Below, in pieces: positions 19,147 through 26,797 of a stretch of 64,000 bases of DNA. Each line of letters begins with the position of its first letter. Positions within the stretch are counted from its first letter, which is position 1. Both the position numbers and the translations under genes were made by a program. Under the pieces are notes generated by a model that made no database searches, was not told the origin of the DNA, and saw only the letters and a program-made list of their open reading frames with translations. The DNA lies in contig DBQB01000003.1 of assembly GCA_002305685.1 (NCBI GenBank), positions 49,254 through 113,253 of the forward strand. Reading direction: 5' to 3'. Source of the DNA: Ruminococcaceae bacterium UBA1405. GTDB lineage: Bacteria > Bacillota > Clostridia > Oscillospirales > Ruminococcaceae.

Positions 19147-20340
19147 TTAGCGGTTTTCCATGGCGTGCTTAAACTCATCCTTCACCTTTTGCAGCAGTTC
19201 GGGCTTGGTGATGAGCTCATACGCCGACATGGCGAAAGCGCGGACATTGAGCATCATCTGCTGATGCGCATAGTCGGAAGCTGCACACGCTGCAAACTCC
19301 ACCGTATGCCCCGGAACAGAACCGTGATCGCTGATGCTGAAATGTCCATGGATCATGGGGCAACGCTGGCTGACGTTTCCGGCATCGGTGGAACCCTTGG
19401 AGGGACGGGCGTCCAACACCTGAGGCACACCCACTTCCAGCAGCTTTTCGGTGAACAGATCCGAAAGAGCTTCATTGGTGATCATATTGTCATAGCAGGC
19501 CTCGAAATTGCTGATCTTGACCTTGGCGCCGTTGGAGAGGGCGGCAGCCTCGGCGCAGTTTTTCACCTGTCCCACCAGCTTTTCCAGATAGCTCTTTTTG
19601 TCCGCACGGACATAGAACTCCGCCATGGTGTAATCGGGGACTACGTTGGCAGCCTTGCCGCCATCCTTGATCACGCCATGTACCCGGGCATCCGGCTGAA
19701 AATGCTCCCGCAGCGCGCTGATGTTGTTAAACAGAGAGATAACTGCGTGCAGCGCATTGATTCCCATCTCCGGACAGGCAGCCGCATGGGCAGTCTTTCC
19801 AAAAAACTCAAAGCGCAGCGGCACGATTCCGAGAGAGGAACCGCTGCGATAATAATTGTCGCTGGGATGGGTCATCATAGCGGCATCCACCTGATCAAAT
19901 GCGCCGGCATCCGCCATCAGGGCCTTGTTGCCGTTGGTCTCCTCCGCAGGGGTACCGTATACCTCGATGACGCCGCCAATACCGGTTTGTTCCAGCAGCT
20001 GTTTGGCTACAATACCGGCTCCGGTGCTGACAGCTCCCAGAATGCTATGGCCGCAGCCATGGCCGATGCCGGGCAGCGCATCATACTCAGCCAGAAACGC
20101 AATGGTCGGACCGGGTTTGGCGGAGCGGTAGGTAGCCTTAAAGGCGGTGGGCAGGCCGGTGAAATTCTTCTCCACCTGGAATCCGTATTTCTCCAGAAGA
20201 GCGCAGTGCTGCTGGCAGGCGAACACTTCCTGCTCTCCCAGTTCCGGATGATCGTGGATGGCAATGCTCAGAGCTTTCAGTTCCGGCTCCAGCGCATCGG
20301 CATATTGTTTGATGACTTCAAAAGTGGACATGATCTGCAC
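19147..20340 (-). CDS. M20-family amidohydrolase/peptidase (AbgB/PM20D2-like branch)
   Basis: 397 aa. Contains DALPGIGHGCGHS and GTPAEE. An AAGGAG RBS is present. Confidence 0.8.
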   Translation of the reverse strand: MQIMSTFEVIKQYADALEPELKALSIAIHDHPELGEQEVFACQQHCALLEKYGFQVEKNFTGLPTAFKATYRSAKPGPTIAFLAEYDALPGIGHGCGHSILGAVSTGAGIVAKQLLEQTGIGGVIEVYGTPAEETNGNKALMADAGAFDQVDAAMMTHPSDNYYRSGSSLGIVPLRFEFFGKTAHAAACPEMGINALHAVISLFNNISALREHFQPDARVHGVIKDGGKAANVVPDYTMAEFYVRADKKSYLEKLVGQVKNCAEAAALSNGAKVKISNFEACYDNMITNEALSDLFTEKLLEVGVPQVLDARPSKGSTDAGNVSQRCPMIHGHFSISDHGSVPGHTVEFAACAASDYAHQQMMLNVRAFAMSAYELITKPELLQKVKDEFKHAMENR

Positions 20341-20464
20341 GCTCCTTTTTTCGATTCAAAGGGTTTCCATATAGATATCGGTACAAGCAAGCGGTATAAA
20401 ACTGTGCAATGACCCTCTGGAATTCCAAAAGGCCATTGCGTGTTGTTACACAATCCGAAAAGGA

Positions 20465-21880
20465 TTAGAAGGGACCATAATTGATGGCGTTGGCGACGAC
20501 CACAAATACCGCTCCCATTGCAATCCACATTCCTACCAGCGGGAGCATAAATTTGCACCACTTTTCATAGGAAATTTTCGCAATGGACAAGGTCGCCATC
20601 AGGGTACCGGAGATGGGGCTGATGTTGTTGTTAAAGCCATCGCCAAACTGGAAGCAGAGCACCGTCACCTGGCGGTTGATGCCAAGCACATCGGCGATGG
20701 GGGTCATAATGGGCATGGTAGCCGCCGCCTGGCCGCTTCCGGAGGGAATCAGGAAATCTACCAGCAACTGAACAATATACATTCCCACAACCGCTACCGA
20801 TCTGGGCAGCACCGCAATGGCGCCTGCCAGCGCATGGATAACGGTATCCTTAATCATGCTTACTTCCATAACGGTGAGAATGGCTCTTGCAATACCGCAC
20901 ATGATGGCGCCGGTTGCAATATCGGTAACACCCTGCATAAAGTAGGTGCATACCTCTGTGGGGGTAAAGCCGTAAATCAGGCCGCTGATGACGCCCATGG
21001 CCAGAAACAGAGCGGCCAGCTCGCTGATATACCATCCCCAGGTAACCACACCGTAAATCAGCAGCAAAAATCCGGCAAGCACAACAAAAAGAATGATGAT
21101 CTGACGAAGGGACATCTTGGGAACATTGGAGAGCTCATCCTGGTTGCGCACAACCTTCTCCCCATAAAGGACGCTCTTGGTGGGATCTTTCTTGATCCGA
21201 TTGGCATAGCGCATCAGATAAGCGGAGGTGACCACCAGCATCACAATGAGGACCACCAGACGCAGTTCCCATCCGGAGAAGGTAGGTAGCTCCGCGATGG
21301 ATTGGGCCACACCCACTGTGAAGGGATTCATGACGCCGGCGCAGAAACCACACGCCGCGCCCATAACCACTACGGCAGTACCAACCATGGCGTCGAATCC
21401 CAGCGCGATGGCCAGCGCAATACCGATAGGGACAAACACGATAACCTCCTCAGCCATACCGAAGGTGACGCCGCCGATGGAAAACACCGTCAAGATGGCG
21501 GGAATCATCACTTTGGCCTGGTTGCGAAAAGCATAGGAAACCCGGGCAATGCCGGCGTTGACCGCTCCGGTAGCGGTGATGACGTTAAACGCAGCGGCAG
21601 TAATCATAATAAAGAAGGTGATCTCCGCAGCATCCACCATACCCTGGGGAAAGGCCTGGAAAAATTCGAAGAAACCGATGGGATTGCTTTCCACAACGGT
21701 ATAGCTATCAGGGTCTACCACCATTCTGCCGCTGACAGGATCCTCCACCATGGTATACTGTCCGGCGGGGATAAACCAGCTGAGAATGGCCAGAATCAGC
21801 ACCAAAGTGAACATGATTACAACCGGATGGGGAAACTTGAAACGCTTTTTCTTCTTGGGTTCTGCATTTTGCGTGGACAT
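20465..21880 (-). CDS. YfcC-family (DcuC-like anaerobic carrier superfamily) membrane transporter
   Basis: The start is trimmed to MSTQNAEPKKKKRFKFPHPVVIMFTLVLILAILSWFIPAGQY, which has an AGGAG RBS. The protein is polytopic and 471 aa long. The track ORF runs on through the leader. Confidence 0.8.
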   Translation of the reverse strand: MSTQNAEPKKKKRFKFPHPVVIMFTLVLILAILSWFIPAGQYTMVEDPVSGRMVVDPDSYTVVESNPIGFFEFFQAFPQGMVDAAEITFFIMITAAAFNVITATGAVNAGIARVSYAFRNQAKVMIPAILTVFSIGGVTFGMAEEVIVFVPIGIALAIALGFDAMVGTAVVVMGAACGFCAGVMNPFTVGVAQSIAELPTFSGWELRLVVLIVMLVVTSAYLMRYANRIKKDPTKSVLYGEKVVRNQDELSNVPKMSLRQIIILFVVLAGFLLLIYGVVTWGWYISELAALFLAMGVISGLIYGFTPTEVCTYFMQGVTDIATGAIMCGIARAILTVMEVSMIKDTVIHALAGAIAVLPRSVAVVGMYIVQLLVDFLIPSGSGQAAATMPIMTPIADVLGINRQVTVLCFQFGDGFNNNISPISGTLMATLSIAKISYEKWCKFMLPLVGMWIAMGAVFVVVANAINYGPF

Positions 21881-21949
21881 TTTGACTCCTCTTTTCTGCA
21901 AAATCGCTGAATATGAAATAAATTTCAGCAGCCTATGGTGCGATACAGT

Positions 21950-22190
21950 ACAGAGCAAAAAAGGGTTTGCACCGCCATCGATGCAAACCCAAATACGCCA
22001 TCCGGTAAGGATATTTGTCATCAATAGCTCCTCTGTGTGCTGATACGCTGGCACAGGAGTACTTCCGGTATTCCCGGAAATCCCAGCTGAACGCCATGCC
22101 TGGACGTCCGCTTCGGCAAAGTTCCCTTTCCCTGTGTTCTCAGAATGCCTTCTCCCACAGGTACTATTTCCCTTTGCGCCTCTACTAATT
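21950..22190 (-). promoter_or_regulatory. Lysine riboswitch (L-box) with an intrinsic terminator as its expression platform
   Basis: The minus strand reads, in canonical order, AGAGGCGCAAAGGGAAAUAGUACCUGUGGGAGAAGG...GGGAAAGGGAACUUUGCCGAAGCGG...GCUGGGA...CACACAGAGGAGCUAUUG. A GGGTTTGCA/TGCAAACCC hairpin plus T6 follows. A TTTACA-17-TATGAT promoter-like pair lies at 22225-22197. Confidence 0.75.
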
Positions 22191-22452
22191 GTTATAATCA
22201 TAGCACGGCAGACAGCGTTTGTAAACAAAAAATTATTATTTTCTTTATATTTATACAAAATGACGTGAAACGACATAATTTTTCATATATTTTTCAATTT
22301 TTCAACAATCCATACGGTTATTTGCCCCGAGGTATGTAAAATTCTGTAAGTTTCATCGTATAACCCCGTCGTTTCATGTTATAATGGTATTGGTATCAGA
22401 TCAACCGCTATGGATGTATCTGACACATCTATCCAGAAAGAAGGTGTTCATC

Positions 22453-23934
22453 ATGCTGGAAACCATGACCCCCATCCCCCGCGCCGAAAAGGAGCTGCGC
22501 AAACAACAAACCCGGCAGGGACTGCGTCGACTGTCCGGTTTGCAGCTATCGATACGAGAAAATAAGCTACCGGTGATTGTGCTGGTGGAGGGCTGGAGTG
22601 CGGCAGGCAAAGGCAGCGTAATCAGCGAGCTGATTCAGGAGCTGGACCCCCGTTTTTACAACGTCATCTCCTTTGATACCCCCACCGAGACCGAAAAACG
22701 GCACCCCTGGCTCTGGAGGTATTTCACCCAGATTCCCGCCTACGGAAAGATTCAGTTTCTGGACGCTGGATGGATGGAACAGACCGCCAGAGATTATCTG
22801 GAACAGCGTCTCAGCCAGGAGGAATTGGAAAGCCGGCAGCAGAGCATCCGCCGTTTCGAGCGTCAGCTGTGCGACGATGGCTATCTGCTGGTGCGTCTTT
22901 TCCTGCATATCTCCGCAAAAGAGCAGAAAAAACGTTTGGACGCTCTGGAGGAAGGCCCAGACACCAGTTGGCGGGTAGGAAAATTTGACCGGTGGCAAAA
23001 CGAACATTATCCACAGGTTGAGCAGGTGTATGACCAGCTGCTGCAAAACACCCAGACCGACGCCTATCCATGGCATATCATCGACGCCTCCAACACCAAA
23101 TCCGCCCTTCCAGTAATCTTAAAACTCCTTTGCGACAGCATCGAACAGGCTTTGGCCCACAAACCCACCTCCGGTATCGCCCCCACCCAGTTCTCTGTCG
23201 TTTCCATGCCTCCCATCGCCTCGGTGCCTCTGGATAAAACCATCAGCAAAAAGGAATATAAAAAGCAGCTCAAACACTATCAAAACCGGCTCAAGGAGCT
23301 GCACAACCGCCTGTACCGCAGACGCATCCCGGTCATCATCGCCTACGAGGGATGGGATGCAGCCGGAAAGGGCGGAAATATCCGCCGAATCGCCAATGCG
23401 CTGGATGCACGTGGATTTGAGGTGCATCCCATCGCCAGCCCTACCCCCGACGAGCTGCACCATCAGTACCTCTGGCGGTTCTGGAAACGGCTGCCCAAGA
23501 ACGGACATATCGCCATCTTTGACCGGACATGGTATGGCCGGGTGATGGTGGAACGTATTGAGGGATTCTGCACCGAGCAGCAGTGGAAACGTGCCTACGC
23601 CGAGATGAACGAATTTGAAGAAGAGCTGATGGATTGGGGGGGCGTGGTGGTAAAATTCTGGATTCACATCGATCCGGATACCCAGCTGGAGCGCTTCACC
23701 CTGCGGCAAAACACCCCGGAGAAACGCTGGAAGATCACCGATGAGGATTGGCGCAACCGGGAAAAATGGCCCCAGTATGAACAGGCGGTGGACGAGATGC
23801 TGCAAAAGACCAGCACCGCCCGCGCCCCCTGGCATATCATCGAATCCAAGGACAAACGCTATGCCCGCATTAAGGCCATGAAAATCCTGGTGGAAGCCAT
23901 TGAGAAAGCACTGGAAAAGGACAAGCGTTGCTAA
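22453..23934 (+). CDS. ppk2: Polyphosphate kinase 2 family protein with two fused PPK2 domains (polyphosphate:nucleotide phosphotransferase)
   Basis: Two repeats of the PPK2 pattern are present: VIVLVEGWSAAGKGSVI...HPWLWRY and VIIAYEGWDAAGKGGNI...HQYLWRFW. The start is at MLETMTP, which has a GAAGG RBS. Confidence 0.85.
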   Translation: MLETMTPIPRAEKELRKQQTRQGLRRLSGLQLSIRENKLPVIVLVEGWSAAGKGSVISELIQELDPRFYNVISFDTPTETEKRHPWLWRYFTQIPAYGKIQFLDAGWMEQTARDYLEQRLSQEELESRQQSIRRFERQLCDDGYLLVRLFLHISAKEQKKRLDALEEGPDTSWRVGKFDRWQNEHYPQVEQVYDQLLQNTQTDAYPWHIIDASNTKSALPVILKLLCDSIEQALAHKPTSGIAPTQFSVVSMPPIASVPLDKTISKKEYKKQLKHYQNRLKELHNRLYRRRIPVIIAYEGWDAAGKGGNIRRIANALDARGFEVHPIASPTPDELHHQYLWRFWKRLPKNGHIAIFDRTWYGRVMVERIEGFCTEQQWKRAYAEMNEFEEELMDWGGVVVKFWIHIDPDTQLERFTLRQNTPEKRWKITDEDWRNREKWPQYEQAVDEMLQKTSTARAPWHIIESKDKRYARIKAMKILVEAIEKALEKDKRC

Positions 23935-23940
23935 AAGCGG

Positions 23941-23949
23941 CAACCAGCG
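23941..23949. repeat. Left copy of the 9-bp direct repeat CAACCAGCG that bounds the AT-rich segment
   Basis: It is identical to 26782-26790. It lies 7 nt after the ppk2 stop. Confidence 0.9.
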
Positions 23950-23970
23950 CTCCCTGACAGAACAAAACAA

Positions 23971-24160
23971 GGCTGTTGCAAAATAGCTCCGATTCAAAAA
24001 GTAACTAAATATTAACAAAAAATCCGCTGTTCCTTGCTGATTTTGGCTGCTTGAAACGGCGGATTCTCTTTTGATTTTTCGAATATTCAGGAAATCAAAA
24101 ATTTTTGGGGTTAAAATCGCATTTTTTGTCGTTAATTCGCAATTTCATTTTGCAACAGCC
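23971..24160. repeat. 14-bp perfect inverted repeat GGCTGTTGCAAAAT / ATTTTGCAACAGCC (23971-23984 and 24147-24160) enclosing 162 bp
   Basis: Read directly from the sequence. The enclosed DNA contains the putative ppk2 terminator hairpin. Confidence 0.9.
24021..24080 (+). terminator. Possible terminator downstream of ppk2
   Basis: AATCCGCtGTT...AACgGCGGATT forms a stem with one mismatch and a long loop. CTCTTTTGATTTTT follows. Confidence 0.45.
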
Positions 24161-24181
24161 CCTTTTTGATTCACCACTTGA

Positions 24182-24364
24182 CATTGTGGCAAAGAGCTGA
24201 TGACACAAGACGAACTGGCGGTAATGGACGGAGACAAATGTATTTTCATACTGCGGGGCATACGCCCACTCCTTTCGGACAAGTACGACCTGACCAATCA
24301 TCCCGACTACAAATATACTGTCGACGCCAACAAGAAGTACCTCTTTAATAGGAACGGTACATAA
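24182..24364 (+). pseudogene. 3'-terminal fragment of a type IV secretion coupling protein gene (VirD4/TraG family); the 5' portion is missing
   Basis: My own translation gives ...ELMTQDELAVMDGDKCIFILRGIRPLLSDKYDLTNHPDYKYTVDANKKYLFNRNGT*. This resembles the conserved C-terminal tail of Firmicute ICE coupling proteins. The frame is closed by a TGA at 24179, and no start or RBS is present. Confidence 0.6.
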
Positions 24365-24467
24365 AACGTCGACTGGCCATTGTGAAGGCGGTTGAGCCTT
24401 TCGAGATGTATGAATTGACAGCCGCAGACCTTCAACAACGATTTTACAACGAAAGAAAATATGAACT

Positions 24468-24641
24468 ATGGATTTTTTCACTAACGCTATTGACGTTTTG
24501 CAAACTCTAGTTATCGCCCTGGGCAGTGGCCTGTGCGTGTGGGGCAGCATCAACCTTCTGGAAGGTTACGGCCAGGACAACCATCCTCCAAGAGCCAGGG
24601 CATCAAGCTTCTTATGGCTAATTAGATGTAACAAAAGCTAA
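24468..24641 (+). pseudogene. Maff2-family small membrane protein gene (conjugative-element associated), frameshifted and truncated
   Basis: MDFFTNAIDVLQTLVIALGSGLCVWGSINLLEGYGQDN fits the family, and the frame is then lost. The expected ...KSQGIKLLMA continues in another frame and stops. The ORF is under 60 aa, so it is not in the track. Confidence 0.6.
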
Positions 24642-24690
24642 GAAAGGAAAAGTACAATCCAGACGAAACCGGCGATGCGGTCAAAAAAGA

Positions 24691-24719
24691 TTGTGGAAAC
24701 ACAAAATTTCTGTTATAAT
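24691..24719 (+). promoter_or_regulatory. Sigma-70-like promoter TTGTGG-17-TATAAT (with a TGt extended -10) upstream of the XRE gene
   Basis: The motifs were read directly. The spacing is 17 nt. Confidence 0.5.
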
Positions 24720-24755
24720 GTGTGCAGAATACTTGACGATGGAAAGAGAGGCGGG

Positions 24756-25085
24756 ATGCCTATGCACATAAGTTATTGTCCACTATGGAACACCTTAAAA
24801 GAGCGTGGCATGAGAAAAGAGAATTTGCGGATTGCTGCCGGTCTTAACACAAATACGATTGTAAATATGGGAAAGGGCAAAAATATCAGTATGGAAACAC
24901 TGCTTCATATCTGCAAAGCCTTAAATTATAGTATTTTAGATGTGATTGAATTGGAGGAAAACGAACTTTTCACAGAGAAAACAAATAATAATAACATGTC
25001 CGCTTATGATGAATTTTCCAAACAAATTATTAGATTTTTTGAAGGACGGATACTCCATTGGAGCGCATACAGAGCGTTTCAATAG
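24756..25085 (+). CDS. XRE/Cro-C1-type helix-turn-helix transcriptional regulator
   Basis: MPMHISYCPLWNTLKERGMRKENLRIAAGLNTNTIVNMGKGKNISMETLLHICKALNYSILDVIEL is a typical short HTH_XRE pattern. The start could be 24756 or 24762. Confidence 0.7.
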   Translation: MPMHISYCPLWNTLKERGMRKENLRIAAGLNTNTIVNMGKGKNISMETLLHICKALNYSILDVIELEENELFTEKTNNNNMSAYDEFSKQIIRFFEGRILHWSAYRAFQ

Positions 25086-25325
25086 AGCAATACCGGAACA
25101 TAAGATGGCAGTTTTACAAGTCACCATCAACACATCGCGAAGCGAGTTCAAAGTTGGAATACCAACAAATCGAAAAACCAACGAGGCTCTATCGTAGTAT
25201 AACAGACAGCGGCTCAGGCGCTCCATGCAGGAACAATGAAACAACAATTTTTTTAGGGAAGGATCAGACAAAACAATAGAAACAAAAAATTTTTCAACTA
25301 GTTTTAAAATTGGGGGTAGAACTTG

Positions 25326-26274
25326 ATGGAAGAAAAGACATTATCCTTGTCTCAGTGCAAAGAATATGTAAGGAATATTAGAGATTTAGAAATTTCTTGT
25401 TATCAGCAAGAAATGCTGTTGAGAGAATTAAAAAATAAGCCATCTAATATTAATAGGGAGATCATTGCTTTAGAAAGAACCGAGGATGAAATTCCGGCGA
25501 AACCTTTATCGGTTGTATCATCAGTTATTTTTACGGTGATACTCGACTTGTTTTTTGCACTTGTAGGGGCAGTGATTGGATTCATTGGTGGATTTGTAGT
25601 TCGTATTATTGCAGGGATTTTTGCTGATCTATCAAATTGGATAACATTTTTTATAGGTGGTGCAATTATTGGTTATATTATTGCTTTAATTTGCCTTTTT
25701 TACTGGACCAGAGATATGGTTAAGGATGCACATAATGAAAAAATGGCGTACCCTAAAAAGTTAAAAGAAGTTGAAAGAAAAAAGCAAAATAGAATGCAAG
25801 AGATAGAATATAAGAAAAACCAGCTCACTATGTTGCCGAGCGTTATCTCTAAGAGTGAACAAGAACTCCAACAGACTCGAGATCTTTTAAAAAAAATATT
25901 ATGATCTGGGATTTATCTATCCGAAATATCGGGGTATGGTGCCAGTATGCCAAATATATGAATATTTAGAATCAGGACGATGTTTTTCTTTATTAGGACC
26001 AAGCGGGGCATATAATTTATATGAAAGTGAAGTCCACTCAAATTTAATTATAAGTAAATTGGATGATATAATTAGTAGATTAGACGATTTAAGTACAGGG
26101 CAACAAATGTTGGCGAATGTTATTAGAGAGAGTAATAGAAAAATTGATAGACTTAGCCAATCATTTGATCGTATTGAAGAGAACACGGCAATAAATACAT
26201 ATTATAGTAGAATAACAGCAGAGAATACAAATTACCTTTCATGGCTTGCAACTTGGGAAACGGTTTTTCGCTAA
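25326..26274 (+). pseudogene. Uncharacterised membrane/coiled-coil protein gene interrupted by a +1 frameshift in an A8 tract (ORFs 25326-25904 and 25891/25936-26274)
   Basis: ORF1 ends ...RDLLKKIL* directly after the A8 tract. The second frame opens exactly inside the tract as KKYYDLGFIYPKYRGMVPVCQIYEYLESGRC.... Removing one A gives a single ORF of about 315 aa. ORF2 has no convincing RBS. Confidence 0.6.
25889..25896 (+). repeat. A8 homopolymer at the frameshift point
   Basis: Read directly: cttttAAAAAAAAtatt. Confidence 0.95.
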
Positions 26275-26330
26275 GAGAAGTTGGTAAGGAGAAAAATAGA
26301 TTGGCTCAACGAAGAAGTAAATCATAAATC

Positions 26331-26780
26331 TCAGTTTACCTTCCTATCAAAATTAATATTGCCCTTAGAACTAGCCGTTGCAGGAGTCACTCCTGCAACG
26401 GCTGCTTTCATTTCCACGGTCTGCGCCCCGGAATTTTTAATCAGCGGCGATCTTTTGAACAGTCTTTTCAGAGTCGTTCTTTCCTCGTCTGTGAGCCGCT
26501 TGTATTTCAGCCGGAACGCCTTGCAGAAGATTTCCAGAAATTCCTGTACCCTATCGCCGGTGGATTGCATAGCCTTTCGGACTTCCTTTATCAGTTCGTC
26601 GGCGGGCGTGGTATCCAGCGCACTTTCAATGTCCTTCTCATGGGCTTTGCGTATATCTGCGTATATCGTGGAGGATTGCATCCCATATTTTATGTGTCAC
26701 ATGGCAGAAAAATCTTCTTCCTCTATCTGACCAGCTTCCAGAATTTTCAGGGAGTGGTCTGCGGCGACTTCATTTTGTAT
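26331..26780 (-). pseudogene. 5'-truncated remnant ORF with an in-frame TGA (26697-26699); family not recognised, possibly mobile-element derived
   Basis: The frame reads IQNEVAADHSLKILEAGQIEEEDFSAM*HIKYGMQSSTIYADIRKAHEKD...KRLTDEERTTLKRLF.... It opens right at the segment boundary without a start codon. Confidence 0.4.
26373..26403. repeat. 31-bp perfect palindrome AGCCGTTGCAGGAGT-C-ACTCCTGCAACGGCT
   Basis: Read directly. It lies between the convergent 25326-26274 gene and the remnant ORF, inside the tail of the remnant ORF. Confidence 0.9.
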
Positions 26781-26781
26781 T

Positions 26782-26790
26782 CAACCAGCG
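26782..26790. repeat. Right copy of the 9-bp direct repeat CAACCAGCG
   Basis: It is identical to 23941-23949. It lies 8 nt before the stop codon of the ABC exporter gene. Confidence 0.9.
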
Positions 26791-26797
26791 ATGGTAC

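Noticed and set aside
24095-24553. 152-aa minus-strand ORF across the left part of the AT-rich segment
   Set aside because: It runs antisense through the coupling-protein and Maff2 remnants, which have recognisable plus-strand translations. It has no RBS and an odd composition.
24946-25279. Two overlapping plus-strand ORFs (83 and 73 aa) after or overlapping the tail of the XRE gene
   Set aside because: They have no RBS, overlap each other and the XRE gene, and match no family I recognise. They may be decayed remains of a longer C-terminal domain, but I cannot support a call.
26281-26730. 149-aa plus-strand ORF
   Set aside because: It is antisense to the remnant ORF, Ser/Leu-rich, has no RBS, and runs through the 31-bp palindrome.
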